Notes under the pieces: model-generated
Databases searched by the model: none
Told to the model about the DNA's origin: nothing
What the model saw: only the letters and a program-made list of their open reading frames with translations
Assembly: GCA_963674825.1 (NCBI GenBank)
Contig: OY771587.1
Coordinates: 1,344,001 to 1,408,000, forward strand
Direction: 5' to 3'
DNA length: 64,000 nt
DNA from: Candidatus Cloacimonadales bacterium
Lineage (GTDB): Bacteria; Cloacimonadota; Cloacimonadia; Cloacimonadales; JAIOQZ01
Part shown: positions 49,911 through 60,498 of the stretch, one piece after another
Layout of the letters: every line of letters starts with the position of its first letter
How positions within the stretch are numbered: position 1 is the first letter of the stretch
Program-made: the position numbers and the translations under genes

Positions 49911-51598
49911 TCCTCCACCGATTGCCGGAACAGCTCGAATCCCAGCCATTGCATGAGCCGGCCGCCCTTTGCCTCGGTGGGTGAATCGTAGTAGCTGTTC
50001 ACGAACGCCGACACCTTGCTGTAATCGTAATATTCACATTCCTTTACCGCATTGGACGAGGCTACATCCCGCACAAAACCTTTCATCGCTTCAAGCTGAA
50101 CAAACGTCCGATCTGAATGATACGTCAATCCTCTACGCCGCTTGATGTTGGCGATAATACCCGAGGCAAGATAATTGCGATAGACCCAGAACGGAACCGT
50201 TGTGCCGTAGCGAACCAACGGAAACCGCATCAGACGCGGCTCGAGCTTCTTCAGAATGGGATAGCTGACGCGGCAGTTCGCGCGCTTGGAGACAGGCATT
50301 CGCAGCAGTTCACGAACAATCGAAGCCTGTCCCAACGGACTGATCAGCGGGGTGATTTCCAGCGAGAGGTTCCAGTTACGCACCAGATTGGGGTAGCGAT
50401 AGTAGGTGTGCAGCAGTGCCAGAAGCGCGGTATAGTCCTTTCCGTCCCACTCCTTCAGGATGCCGGGAAGCTTCTGGAAATCTTCCCACGCGACGTCGTT
50501 CATCCTCTTGTAGAGCGGATCGGGAAAGAAATTCACCCGATTGACGCGTGTGAGCTCGTAGAGCTTCTCGAATTTCCGGCCTTTCGGCGCAGACTTCAGC
50601 TTGAAGCGGATACCGTTCAGGAAGTAATCGCGGATGAAGCAGCCGTAGTCACCATCGAGAATCATGTAGCCACCATCGACGGCCGCGCGCAGGTTATCGA
50701 TTGTGCGATAGGCGCGGATGGAGTATGTCATCTCGGTTTGACTGGCGATCTGCCTGGAGCGCTGGATAACGGTATCGGGATCGCTGTTCTGTGGCTCGAC
50801 GATGAGATGATTTAGCTTCAGTTCTCGCGCAATTCTATCAGCGATTACAACCTCGGGATTATCTCGTTCACCGAAGGTATGAACGCGCCATGGACGGTCA
50901 CGATGCTGCATCATGTAGGCCAGAATAAGCCTTGAATCGGTTCCGCCGCTGAGTCCCATCGATATCTTTTCCCGCTCAGCGAACCACCTTATGGTCTTAT
51001 CCAGCGCAGCTTCGATATCGATTCCAATGGGCTTTTCACCCAGGCCAAGCCACTGCTCCGCGCAGTGCCGGATATCCAGATCAGGGGTGATGGTTATAAC
51101 CGATGCCGGTTGTGAGCGAATGAGGTCTTTTACAAAGCTGCGATAGTGATACTGTCCGTTCGAAAGCCAGAAACTGGCGATGGCGTCCATATCAAGCCGG
51201 GGATTCTTCATAAAGGGTCTGAGGTGTTCGCGATCAGTGGAAAACACGATGGCATCGTCTGTTCGCCAGAGATAGAATGGACGATGATTGAAATGGTCAC
51301 AGAAAAGGGTCAGCGTCTGACCTTGCATGCGAAGCCCGCAATACTGACCGTCGAAATCGGGATGAAGATTGGCCTGCTTCCAGTCGTCGATGGTGACCGG
51401 CTCAAAATCGCGCAGTGCGATACCGCTGACGAGCAGGTTTTCCGCATGAAAACAGAGGGATGGGATTCCACCCAGAGCAGCGAATAAGCCCTTTTGCTCA
51501 ATAGAACGAACGATTCGGCCTTTGCTATCGCCAATCAGCGCTCTGCGTTCATCTTCAGTTATCTCTCTACCGCTATAGATCCCGAATATCCAGCTCAT
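49880..51598 (-). CDS. Asparagine synthetase B-like protein (Ntn-like domain plus ATP-pyrophosphatase domain)
   Basis: FDGQY, CDHFNHRPFY, FSTD, PP-loop GLSGGTDSRLI, TFG, DG.YG; begins MSWIFG rather than MCGI. Confidence 0.78.
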   Translation of the reverse strand: MSWIFGIYSGREITEDERRALIGDSKGRIVRSIEQKGLFAALGGIPSLCFHAENLLVSGIALRDFEPVTIDDWKQANLHPDFDGQYCGLRMQGQTLTLFCDHFNHRPFYLWRTDDAIVFSTDREHLRPFMKNPRLDMDAIASFWLSNGQYHYRSFVKDLIRSQPASVITITPDLDIRHCAEQWLGLGEKPIGIDIEAALDKTIRWFAEREKISMGLSGGTDSRLILAYMMQHRDRPWRVHTFGERDNPEVVIADRIARELKLNHLIVEPQNSDPDTVIQRSRQIASQTEMTYSIRAYRTIDNLRAAVDGGYMILDGDYGCFIRDYFLNGIRFKLKSAPKGRKFEKLYELTRVNRVNFFPDPLYKRMNDVAWEDFQKLPGILKEWDGKDYTALLALLHTYYRYPNLVRNWNLSLEITPLISPLGQASIVRELLRMPVSKRANCRVSYPILKKLEPRLMRFPLVRYGTTVPFWVYRNYLASGIIANIKRRRGLTYHSDRTFVQLEAMKGFVRDVASSNAVKECEYYDYSKVSAFVNSYYDSPTEAKGGRLMQWLGFELFRQSVEDQPSSKLVTP

Positions 51599-51639
51599 TT
51601 CCAACACCCGTTATTTTCGTAGTCATCGCCGATACAAGA

Positions 51640-54600
51640 TTATCGCGCATTGATTCGTGTCAATAATTCCGTGCACTCCTCCAGCTTATCGTCATCGGCC
51701 TGCTGAAGGATTGGAAGCGCCTTTTGCAGATGCTCTTTCGCCTCCTCCGTACGATTCATATTCATCAGCGTCTTGCCGATGTTGAAATGCACGATGCCGG
51801 TGCGATGGTTGGAAGGATCGAGTTTTTTCTCGTTCACACCCAACGCTTTGAGATAGTGCTCAAGCGCTTTTTCGTACTGCTCTGATTTGAGATACGCTGT
51901 GCCGATGTTATGATTCGTCACCGCGACCTGTGGGTGATCTTCGCCAAACCGAGCAATCTGTATCTTCAGCGCTCTATCGTAGTACGCAAGTGCATCCTTG
52001 AACGCTCCCGCCTCCATGTGCGTGAAGCCGATCATATGGCAGGTCACAGCAGTCAACGGGTGATCTCTTCCCAAGCGCTCCTCGCGGATTATCAGCGATC
52101 GCTCGTAGTAATCCAATGCCTTTTCAAGCTCGCCCATGTTGCGATAGACCGACGCGATGCTGTAGTAGCTACCTGCGGTGTCGGGGTGATCTGCCCCGAG
52201 CTTCTTCTCCTGAATCTCAAGTCCGCGCTGCAGCGATTCGAGCGCTTTGTCATACTTCCCGAGATTCATATAGACGGAGCCGATATTGCCGAGACTGATG
52301 GCCGTAAACGGATGCTCGGGGCCACGCCTCTTGAGGTTGATCTCCAGCGCGCGATTGTAGTAGTCGAGCGCTTTCTCGAAGTCGCCCCGGAATTTATAGA
52401 ACCAGGCGATATTGTTGTAGTTGCTGCCGGTTTGCGGGTGCTCACGTCCGAGTCGTTTTTCACAGATACGCAGCGCAGAAAGGTAATATTCGAGCGAGCG
52501 ATCGTAATCTCCGAGATTCTTATACACGGATGCGAGATTGTGGTAAATATCGGCAATAAGTGGGTGATCGACGCTGCAATTCTTTTCCCGCTGGTCAAGC
52601 GTCATCTGGAAATATTGCAGCGCTTGGTCATAATCGCCGCGGTCGTAGTAAACCTGCCCGATGTTTTGATAGATTATGTCGGTGGGTATTCGCGTTTTCT
52701 CGAACGTTTTCAGGGCTTTGAAATAGATTTCAAGTGCTTGTTCGCTGTCACCTTTCGCCTTATAGACTTTTGCAATATTGATGTATGGAGCAATCGAGTC
52801 TGGTGCATCGGAATCGCCTATCGTCTCGTGAATATCCAGCGCCCTGCGAAAGCATGCAAGCGCTTCATCGTGGTTTCCCTTCCGGAGATAAACAGATCCC
52901 ATGTTGTCCAGAATGACGGCTGCCTCACGCGATTCGGTATCGCTTAGGCTCAGCGCTGTCTGTAGCGACACAAGCGCCTGGTCGTAATCACCCTTTAGAT
53001 AGTACACCGAAGCAAGTTCGTCGTGCATCTTCGAAATCTCCGCCTGCTCCGTGCCATTTTCCACCTGCATCAGGGAGATAATCCGCAAGAGCAATTTTGC
53101 CGCGTCCGAGAGCTCGTATTTCTTCTTATAATAGCTAGCAGCCGAAGTGTAGTATTCGATTGCACGTGGGATATCCAACCCATACTCGTAGTGCAGGCCG
53201 ATTTCTTCCGCTTTCTCAGCCAGCGAGGTTCCATGTACCTTTTCCATAGCATGAGCGGCAGCCAGATGCAGCATCGCCTGCTGATCGCTCATCATTCGTT
53301 GATAAACCGTCTCGCGGATGAGAATATGACTGAATTCGTAGGTCATGTGAGAAGTCTCGAACCAGATACGATTCGTCTTGCCGGTGCGAAGCTTTTCGTC
53401 GATATCCGCTCCAAGCATCTTGCGCAGGATATCCGCGCTGAACTCCATGCCCAGCACACTCGCACTGAAGATGCAGTCACGAACCGATTCATCCATCCGG
53501 TCGATGCGGCTTCCGATGATATCGCTGATACCGAAGGTGCTGATATATTCGATGGTTCCTTTGAGATTACCCTGATAGTCAAGGTTGCCATTTTCTTGCA
53601 GGAAAGCGGCAAGCTGTTCCGTGAAGAGCGGATTTCCCATCGAGCGATCGCGGATCAGCCTGATGGTTTCCCGTGGAACATCCTGGATACGTAGGACAGA
53701 CTGGATCAGCTCTGTGCATCCATCGTCCGGCATCTGACCCAGTTCGATATCGTATGTTCGATGCGTTTTTAGACGCAAGTCAAGCTTCTCTCCCTGCGAA
53801 AGATAACGGCAGGACAGCACAATCTGAACCGGCTTCACGACACGCAGACTCAGGTGTTGCAGGAATTCGATGGAACGTTCGTCGAGCCATTGCGCATCGT
53901 CGATATTGAGGATTACCGACTTCTGTCCGGCAATCACGGAAACAAACCATGAGAATGCTTCTTTTAGCTCCTGATTCCGATCAAGCGGTGCTATGTGTTC
54001 CCAGGTCGAATTTTCCCACTGGTACCCGAGCAGCGACCCGATGATCGATTCGTTTCGCGCCTTCTCATCCGAATCGGCAGGCAGAGCGTTCCAAAGACTC
54101 GAGAATAGCGCTTTCCCCATTTCGGCAGGCATATCCGGATTATAGTAGAAATATGTTTTGATCAGCTTTCTGAGCGGCTCAAGAGGTTTTTGTATAAGCG
54201 AATCACAGTGAATCACAAACTTGTGAAACTGGTCAAGCGACAGGTCTTTGAAGGCCTCTTCGAGGAGCCTTGTCTTGCCAATTCCCGCTTCTCCCACCAG
54301 ATACAGGGCGTGAATCTTACCCGTCCGGCAGCAATCATTCATCGAATCGATGATTTTCTCGAGTTCGGCCTTACGCCCGACAAACCGGCTCCGAAAGCGC
54401 ATGCTCGCCTTTTTCATCTGGCGGTTAAGCTTGTAGTATTTTATCGGTGTGGAAAATCCCTTCAGGCTGAGCGAGCCCATATAATCAAAATCGTACTGGG
54501 TATGCATCTCCTGCCAAATATAGGTATCGCAGAGAACTTCCTCCAGCCTCGCCCGTGCGATGAGGCGTGCTGCGAGGTTGACAGCGTATCCCAGCGCGGT

Positions 54601-55575
54601 ATATTCATGAGTCCTATCATGACCGATGTATCCTGCAAAGACACTCCCACAGCTTATACTGAGCGAAATCCCGCGAATCCGGCTCAACGCTTCCATAGCA
54701 AATTCACAGATGCGTTCCAGTGTGTTTCCCTCTGTGCGCGGCATTCCGAAAAGAATCAGCGCAATCAATCCCTTGTCCGTAGCATCCAGCTTGTTCACGA
54801 ATCCACCGTAGCGATCGGCAAGCTCATGCAGAATGCCCACCGTCTCTTCCTGGCGGGACGATTCGATGGCTGTTAGATCTGTAAAGCAAAATGCCGCATC
54901 GCGAATCTCGTTACCGGGATTGTCGTTGCGAAACCGTTTATTGATAAACGCTTCGGGGATTTCCGCTTCCTCGATGAGTGTTTTATGGGGAAGCGCACAT
55001 TCTTTGATGCTTCCCATCGGAACATAGCCGACATCGGTGGGCTCGAAGCGATCCAGCCCGATAAACGCGGTTGCAGCCCGGCTGAAGATCAATTCTTTCT
55101 TGTAGGATGCAAGATGTACGAGTTCACGGATCGTATCGCCGTGAAACACATACTCGTATTGCCAGGCATTTCGGAAAATCTTCCAGTGGATATCACCGTA
55201 ATCGACTGTCAGCCTCACCTTGATCGCAAACTCTCCGAACTCCGAGCTGAAGTGTCCGTTCTTGTCGAACCAGTCTTCGATGCGCTGCACGATGGAAAGG
55301 ATATCATCACCCTGAGGAAAGAAAGCCAAAAACGCGTCTCCGGCAAATTCTCCGATGAATCCTCCCCCGCCTTCGATCACCTCGATCGGAAATGCCATCG
55401 AACGTTCCAGCAAGCGACTAAGTTCTTCAGCGCCTTTCTTCCCGTGATTGCGAAATACATTCGCTACCGAAGTGAAATCGACAATGTCCAGAAACAACGC
55501 AAAGCCAGAGAAGCTTCCCTGAAAATTGTCCTGCTCGTATTGACGAACAATAAAAGGCGGCACATAACGATTCAT
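51640..55575 (-). CDS. Twin class III nucleotide cyclase + STAND/AAA_16 ATPase + TPR array (soluble adenylyl cyclase-like architecture)
   Basis: LFLDIVDFT, FAGDA; NKLDATDKG, EYTALGYAVNLAARL; FVGR..EL, GEAGIGKTRL, IDDAQWLD, GNPLF; more than 10 TPRs of LG.DHP.TA type. Confidence 0.9.
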   Translation of the reverse strand: MNRYVPPFIVRQYEQDNFQGSFSGFALFLDIVDFTSVANVFRNHGKKGAEELSRLLERSMAFPIEVIEGGGGFIGEFAGDAFLAFFPQGDDILSIVQRIEDWFDKNGHFSSEFGEFAIKVRLTVDYGDIHWKIFRNAWQYEYVFHGDTIRELVHLASYKKELIFSRAATAFIGLDRFEPTDVGYVPMGSIKECALPHKTLIEEAEIPEAFINKRFRNDNPGNEIRDAAFCFTDLTAIESSRQEETVGILHELADRYGGFVNKLDATDKGLIALILFGMPRTEGNTLERICEFAMEALSRIRGISLSISCGSVFAGYIGHDRTHEYTALGYAVNLAARLIARARLEEVLCDTYIWQEMHTQYDFDYMGSLSLKGFSTPIKYYKLNRQMKKASMRFRSRFVGRKAELEKIIDSMNDCCRTGKIHALYLVGEAGIGKTRLLEEAFKDLSLDQFHKFVIHCDSLIQKPLEPLRKLIKTYFYYNPDMPAEMGKALFSSLWNALPADSDEKARNESIIGSLLGYQWENSTWEHIAPLDRNQELKEAFSWFVSVIAGQKSVILNIDDAQWLDERSIEFLQHLSLRVVKPVQIVLSCRYLSQGEKLDLRLKTHRTYDIELGQMPDDGCTELIQSVLRIQDVPRETIRLIRDRSMGNPLFTEQLAAFLQENGNLDYQGNLKGTIEYISTFGISDIIGSRIDRMDESVRDCIFSASVLGMEFSADILRKMLGADIDEKLRTGKTNRIWFETSHMTYEFSHILIRETVYQRMMSDQQAMLHLAAAHAMEKVHGTSLAEKAEEIGLHYEYGLDIPRAIEYYTSAASYYKKKYELSDAAKLLLRIISLMQVENGTEQAEISKMHDELASVYYLKGDYDQALVSLQTALSLSDTESREAAVILDNMGSVYLRKGNHDEALACFRRALDIHETIGDSDAPDSIAPYINIAKVYKAKGDSEQALEIYFKALKTFEKTRIPTDIIYQNIGQVYYDRGDYDQALQYFQMTLDQREKNCSVDHPLIADIYHNLASVYKNLGDYDRSLEYYLSALRICEKRLGREHPQTGSNYNNIAWFYKFRGDFEKALDYYNRALEINLKRRGPEHPFTAISLGNIGSVYMNLGKYDKALESLQRGLEIQEKKLGADHPDTAGSYYSIASVYRNMGELEKALDYYERSLIIREERLGRDHPLTAVTCHMIGFTHMEAGAFKDALAYYDRALKIQIARFGEDHPQVAVTNHNIGTAYLKSEQYEKALEHYLKALGVNEKKLDPSNHRTGIVHFNIGKTLMNMNRTEEAKEHLQKALPILQQADDDKLEECTELLTRINAR

Positions 55576-55576
55576 A

Positions 55577-56257
55577 TTATTCGCTCAGATCGATCTCGAA
55601 GCTGCAAACATCGTCACCATTCATAATCGATTTCACAACTTCGATATGAACCGGTTTCTGAAGGATTTCTTCCCATATTCCGCGGTAGAATCCCGCTCCG
55701 CAATAACAGTAGTTTACGGGGACATCAATGCCAAGCTCTGTCGCGTCGCGGATCAATGGGCAGTGGCAGTAGATTTGTCTGCGTCGTTGTGAATCGGGTT
55801 CGTTCATGTATTCGATCAGATAGCCGCTCTTGGGGATCTTTGTAGCAATCACGCGATTACCATCGAAAACACCTGCTGCACCCCATCCTCGCCCGATGAC
55901 ATCCTCAATCATCGCTTCATCCAGCTTGAGGTGGTTTCTCAGCATTGACTCAAATCGATCCTGCAACATCCGGTGCGGAACCGAGATATCGCCGGTTTCT
56001 TCATATGCCTTGCGCATGGGTTGCAGATCCTCTTGCGGGTATCGACAAGCGCAATCCAGAATAACCTTCTGCGTTTCCTTCTCACCGATAATCATCTCGA
56101 GGCGATTAACCAGCATCGCCAGCCACTGAATCCTGTCACTATCGACTTCGTTGCGACCTTCTTGCAACAATTCGGCAATTTTTTCGGGGGCTATTCTCTT
56201 TTTCAACGCGTTTTGCAGCTTAACAAGCCACTGAAAAAGGAAAGTGTTATCAGACAT
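55577..56257 (-). CDS. Cys-rich protein, DUF6144/V4R-like
   Basis: CAC, YCHCP, YCYCGAGF, VEVVKSIMNGDDVCSFEI-type end (HIEVVKSIMNGDDVCSFEI). Start at MSDNTF (GGGAGG RBS). Confidence 0.72.
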   Translation of the reverse strand: MSDNTFLFQWLVKLQNALKKRIAPEKIAELLQEGRNEVDSDRIQWLAMLVNRLEMIIGEKETQKVILDCACRYPQEDLQPMRKAYEETGDISVPHRMLQDRFESMLRNHLKLDEAMIEDVIGRGWGAAGVFDGNRVIATKIPKSGYLIEYMNEPDSQRRRQIYCHCPLIRDATELGIDVPVNYCYCGAGFYRGIWEEILQKPVHIEVVKSIMNGDDVCSFEIDLSE

Positions 56258-56418
56258 TAGGTCCTCCCTGTATTCCAGGTACCGATAGAATTCATAGTTG
56301 AGCAAGATTCGTTGTCAATATGTTTTCTAGACTTGGGAAAAGTGAACTCGAGAAAAGAGTTGACAGACATCGTAACCACAGCAAAATACCTGAAATATGA
56401 AAAAAAGCAGGTAAGACT

Positions 56419-57954
56419 ATGCGCATGAAAGAGCTCAGCATCTTAATCGTGATACTTTCTATCCTTTTTATAATTATATCCTGTGAGGATGAGAAGAAAG
56501 ATGAGACTAAGCCGGTTGCCACGATATCAGGCTCGATTTCGCTGGAAGCGGATAGCCTTGCTGGAATCCAGATTGGGATTGTTTCGTCTCCCGCTGTCGA
56601 AGAAGAGCTCCTCACCGCGCTCAGTACCTATTCGCAGGTTGGTTTCCCGCTCACACTCGGCAATACATTCGATCACAGGCAACATAGCTTCGAACTCACT
56701 ACCGAGACAGACGAACTGGGCAACTTCGTGATCTCCGATGTACCCCATGGGACTTATACAGTTGTAGCGCTGCATCCCGATTACGGTTTTGCATATCGTC
56801 ACAACGTTGTTGTCGATTCCGACCAGGATCACTCTATTGGCGATCCCATCCAGCTCTACCCGGTTACCTATCTCAACGGTATTGTTGCTCAGGAAATTAC
56901 GTTCGAGACTGGGCATCATTACATCGTTGGATCCGACGGTGAAGACGTAACGCTCGCAATGGGAATCTTCGAGCCAGGAGCTGTCATTCGTATAGCCACA
57001 CAAGGAAACATGAACATCTATGGCATGCGTGTTGAGACCTCCGATACATACAATCCCTACTGGTTCACCAGCAACGATATGTTCGATTCATTTGAAGGCT
57101 GCGGCGTCAACGAACCCGCGCCCTTTAACCGAATTGGCATGTATGGACAGAATGAGCTCACGATTCCGCTGAAAGGTGGACGTATCTCTTATTCCACTGA
57201 CGGCATTACCTGTCATTACTATACACTCCAGATTCAGGAGTTCCAGTTTGATTCTTCTTTGCACGGGTTTGTGCTCGAAACGAGTTCAACAGCTTTCATT
57301 CAATTTGAAAACTGCATTTTCTCGAATTGTTCTATCTGGTCGGATATCGACAATGGATATAACGGTCAGGGCATCCGGGTAAATTCAGATGAAAACATCG
57401 ATACGAAGATATCGATATCGAACTGCCTGTTTTATAAAAACGAAGAAGGAGCCCGTCTGAAATTCACCTATGGTGATATCGCAAACAACTATTTTTACGG
57501 CAATTACATCGGATTTAGAGGTGTACGTAGTAAACATTATGTAAATCATAGTTGTTTCGATATGAACAGCATTGGAGCATCACTCTGCGCATCTCGAGAC
57601 ACACTGATGTACAATGATTTCGAAGATGATGATTACAATGTAGAGCTGAATTTCTATTATGTTCAGGGCTCATCCTTTGAGCATTGCTATCCGAAAATCC
57701 AGAAAAATAACTTCATGTGTGAATCCAATAAAACGATCAGCTCACTTGGCCTTCATCCACTTCCCGACTCATGGCACATTGCCGGACAAGGCATTGACCA
57801 CGATTACGAATTCCCGAACAATTACTTCAAAACCAGTGACATAGACACATCCATCATCGATTACTATGACGCAGCGCTGAATGACGATCTTCAATATCTC
57901 GTCATCTATCTACCAAAGTCTGCCTGGGCTATCGATGAAGCAGGAATTCAGTAA
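56419..57954 (+). CDS. Lipoprotein with carboxypeptidase-regulatory-like and beta-helix domains
   Basis: Lipobox IIS-C; TDELGNFVISDVPHGTY; Asn/Cys-ladder repeats (FENCIFSN, ISNCLFYKN). Confidence 0.72.
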   Translation: MRMKELSILIVILSILFIIISCEDEKKDETKPVATISGSISLEADSLAGIQIGIVSSPAVEEELLTALSTYSQVGFPLTLGNTFDHRQHSFELTTETDELGNFVISDVPHGTYTVVALHPDYGFAYRHNVVVDSDQDHSIGDPIQLYPVTYLNGIVAQEITFETGHHYIVGSDGEDVTLAMGIFEPGAVIRIATQGNMNIYGMRVETSDTYNPYWFTSNDMFDSFEGCGVNEPAPFNRIGMYGQNELTIPLKGGRISYSTDGITCHYYTLQIQEFQFDSSLHGFVLETSSTAFIQFENCIFSNCSIWSDIDNGYNGQGIRVNSDENIDTKISISNCLFYKNEEGARLKFTYGDIANNYFYGNYIGFRGVRSKHYVNHSCFDMNSIGASLCASRDTLMYNDFEDDDYNVELNFYYVQGSSFEHCYPKIQKNNFMCESNKTISSLGLHPLPDSWHIAGQGIDHDYEFPNNYFKTSDIDTSIIDYYDAALNDDLQYLVIYLPKSAWAIDEAGIQ

Positions 57955-57962
57955 TAAAAAGA

Positions 57963-59390
57963 ATGAATCGTAATATCGTAATTCTTGGCGCGGGTCTTAC
58001 AGGACTCTCGGTGGGATGGAATATCATCACCGACCGTGAAGAAGGTGGATTGCCGGGATCCACAGTACATCTGTTCGAAAGTCAGGAGACCGTAGGTGGA
58101 TTGGCCCGAACCATCTTGTCTGATGGCTATCGGTTCGATTATGGTCCTCATAACATTCACACCGAATACCAAGATGTCCTGGATTTCATGAAGAACCATT
58201 TTCAGAATGATATCCGCAGGGTATATCCGACTGTCAGCCTCTATATCCGGAATCGTTTCACGCCTTATCCGATTAAAGGACTCAAAGCTGTTACGACTCT
58301 GCCAGTAATGAAGCAGGTTCCTGCGGTAACAGACTTTATAATGGCAAGATTGCGTATGTTCTTCCATGAATCCGAGAATGACGACTCATTTGCCGAGTGG
58401 ATCATCAATCGTTTCGGGAAAACCCTTTACAGTGTATATTTCGGACCATATGCCAGCAAAACCTGGAAATGGGATCCATATGATCTTTCATCCTATGTCG
58501 CGGAAAAACGGGTTCCTGTACTTTCGATTACGGACTATATCAGCAGAACACTTTTCAAGCGGCATCTACGACACCACAAGGAAGATCCTCAGATTATCGA
58601 GAGCTATTATCCGAAATATGGTCCTCAAATGCTGATCGACCTCTTTGCCGCTAAGCAGGATCACATCCACACCAGCACACAGATTAATCGCATAGTCCGT
58701 GATGGTGATCAGATCAAAGCGATTGAGTTCACACAGAATGGAATTGCGGAACGGCTTGATGTTGATTTCTTCTACAACACAATACCACTTCCTGAACTGA
58801 TCAAGCTTCTGGATCCTCCTCCACCGGCCAATATCTTGAAAGCCGCTGATCAGCTCAGCTATTGCGGAGAGTATTTCCTCTACCTCAAGATCAATAAGCC
58901 CAAGGTTTTCGACTCATTCCTGACCTATTTTTCCAGCCCCGACATCCCGTTCAACAGAATCTATGATGTTCGCTCTTACAGTGCCGACTGCCTCCCGGAA
59001 ATGAAAACAGGGCTTTGCGCAGAATACACATGCAATATCGGCGACGAGCAGTGGAATTCATCAGCAGAAGCCACTTTCGAACGTACCATGAGATATTTGG
59101 AACAGCATAACCTGTTGAATCGTAAAGACGTCGATGGGTATTTCATCAAGAAAGTAACGCATGCGTACCCGCGCTTTACCAAAGGATTCCAGCAAAACCT
59201 GGAAATCATACTCGACTACCTTTCAACCTTGAAAAACTTCGTTACGCTAGGACGACAAGGTCTCTTCGCGTACGTCAACATGGACGATGTGATCCGAATG
59301 GGTATGCGCGCAAGCCACCTCCAGTTGAAACGACATAAAGCACGTATAGACTATAAAGACATGATCTCGGGATTCCTCGCAAATGAATAG
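57963..59390 (+). CDS. FAD-dependent oxidoreductase (UDP-galactopyranose mutase/HemY-like)
   Basis: ILGAGLTGL, VGGLART, FDYGPH, YPKYG, GRQGLFAYVNMD. Confidence 0.82.
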   Translation: MNRNIVILGAGLTGLSVGWNIITDREEGGLPGSTVHLFESQETVGGLARTILSDGYRFDYGPHNIHTEYQDVLDFMKNHFQNDIRRVYPTVSLYIRNRFTPYPIKGLKAVTTLPVMKQVPAVTDFIMARLRMFFHESENDDSFAEWIINRFGKTLYSVYFGPYASKTWKWDPYDLSSYVAEKRVPVLSITDYISRTLFKRHLRHHKEDPQIIESYYPKYGPQMLIDLFAAKQDHIHTSTQINRIVRDGDQIKAIEFTQNGIAERLDVDFFYNTIPLPELIKLLDPPPPANILKAADQLSYCGEYFLYLKINKPKVFDSFLTYFSSPDIPFNRIYDVRSYSADCLPEMKTGLCAEYTCNIGDEQWNSSAEATFERTMRYLEQHNLLNRKDVDGYFIKKVTHAYPRFTKGFQQNLEIILDYLSTLKNFVTLGRQGLFAYVNMDDVIRMGMRASHLQLKRHKARIDYKDMISGFLANE

Positions 59391-60498
59391 AGACAAACCG
59401 ATTTATGTAACACGTCCCAGCCTGCCGGATTTCGATCGCTACTCAGAATCGCTCCGTCAAATCTGGGAATCGGGCCAATTAACCAACAACGCTCCATTTC
59501 ATCAGCGATTCGAGAAGGAACTGACACAATACCTCGGCGTTCCAAACTGCAGCCTTTTATCGAATGGTACACTTGCGCTCATCATAGCCCTCCAGGCTTT
59601 GCGCATCACTGGTGAAGTAATTACGACACCTTTCAGCTTTGTCGCCACCACTCACGCCCTTCGCTGGAATGGAATCGAACCGGTTTTCTGCGATATCGAT
59701 CCGAAGACAGGGAATATAGATCCATCCTGTATAGAATCGCTCATCACACCAGCCACTACCGCCATCCTTCCCGTTCACGTTTACGGGCAACCATGCGATA
59801 TGGATGAGATTGAGCGAATCGCCGACGTCTATGGGCTTAAAGTCATCTACGACGCAGCTCACGCGTTTGCTGTACAAAAAGACGGTGTGAGCATCCTTAA
59901 TCGAGGCGACCTCTCCGTGCTGAGCTTCCATGCAACCAAGACATTCAATACGGTTGAAGGTGGAGCGATCGTCACAAGAGATCCCGGCCTGAAACAACGA
60001 GTTGATTTCCTGCGCAATTTCGGTTTCGTTGATGAACTTACCGTCACCTCTCCCGGAATCAACGCCAAGATGAACGACCTGCTTGCTGCATACGGACTGC
60101 TGCAACTTGAAACAATCGATTCCGAAATTGAGAAGCGGAAAGCGAAATTCGAACTCTATCGCTCTTTGCTTGAAGGAGTTGATGGCATCAGGACGATCCC
60201 CATCTTTGAGAACATCCGATATAACTATACCTATTATCCGATCTTTATCGATTCATCACGGTTTGGCAAGAGTCGGGAAGATATCTATCACCTGCTGAAA
60301 GAGCACGACATCCACCCAAGAAGATATTTCTATCCGCTGATATCCGACTTCCCATTCTATCGCAAAATACCTTCGGCATCACCCAAAAACCTGATGATAG
60401 CATCGATGCTGGCCCGGCAAGTCTTGTGCCTGCCTCTCTATGCAGACATTGAAGATGATATAATCCGAGAAATTGTCGATTTTATCTTGTCAAAGTAA
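59383..60498 (+). CDS. DegT/DnrJ/EryC1/StrS sugar aminotransferase (VioA-like)
   Basis: NGTLAL, TTPFSFVAT, PVHVYG, YDAAHAF, SFHATKTFNTVEGG (PLP Lys), NAKMN, LCLPLY. Confidence 0.92.
   Translation: MNRDKPIYVTRPSLPDFDRYSESLRQIWESGQLTNNAPFHQRFEKELTQYLGVPNCSLLSNGTLALIIALQALRITGEVITTPFSFVATTHALRWNGIEPVFCDIDPKTGNIDPSCIESLITPATTAILPVHVYGQPCDMDEIERIADVYGLKVIYDAAHAFAVQKDGVSILNRGDLSVLSFHATKTFNTVEGGAIVTRDPGLKQRVDFLRNFGFVDELTVTSPGINAKMNDLLAAYGLLQLETIDSEIEKRKAKFELYRSLLEGVDGIRTIPIFENIRYNYTYYPIFIDSSRFGKSREDIYHLLKEHDIHPRRYFYPLISDFPFYRKIPSASPKNLMIASMLARQVLCLPLYADIEDDIIREIVDFILSK

Noticed and set aside
49880..51640. Lasso peptide cluster
   Set aside because: No B1/B2 (PqqD/transglutaminase-like) genes or precursor peptide near the AsnB-like gene.
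51910..52947. 345-aa + strand ORF
   Set aside because: Antisense shadow of the TPR array.
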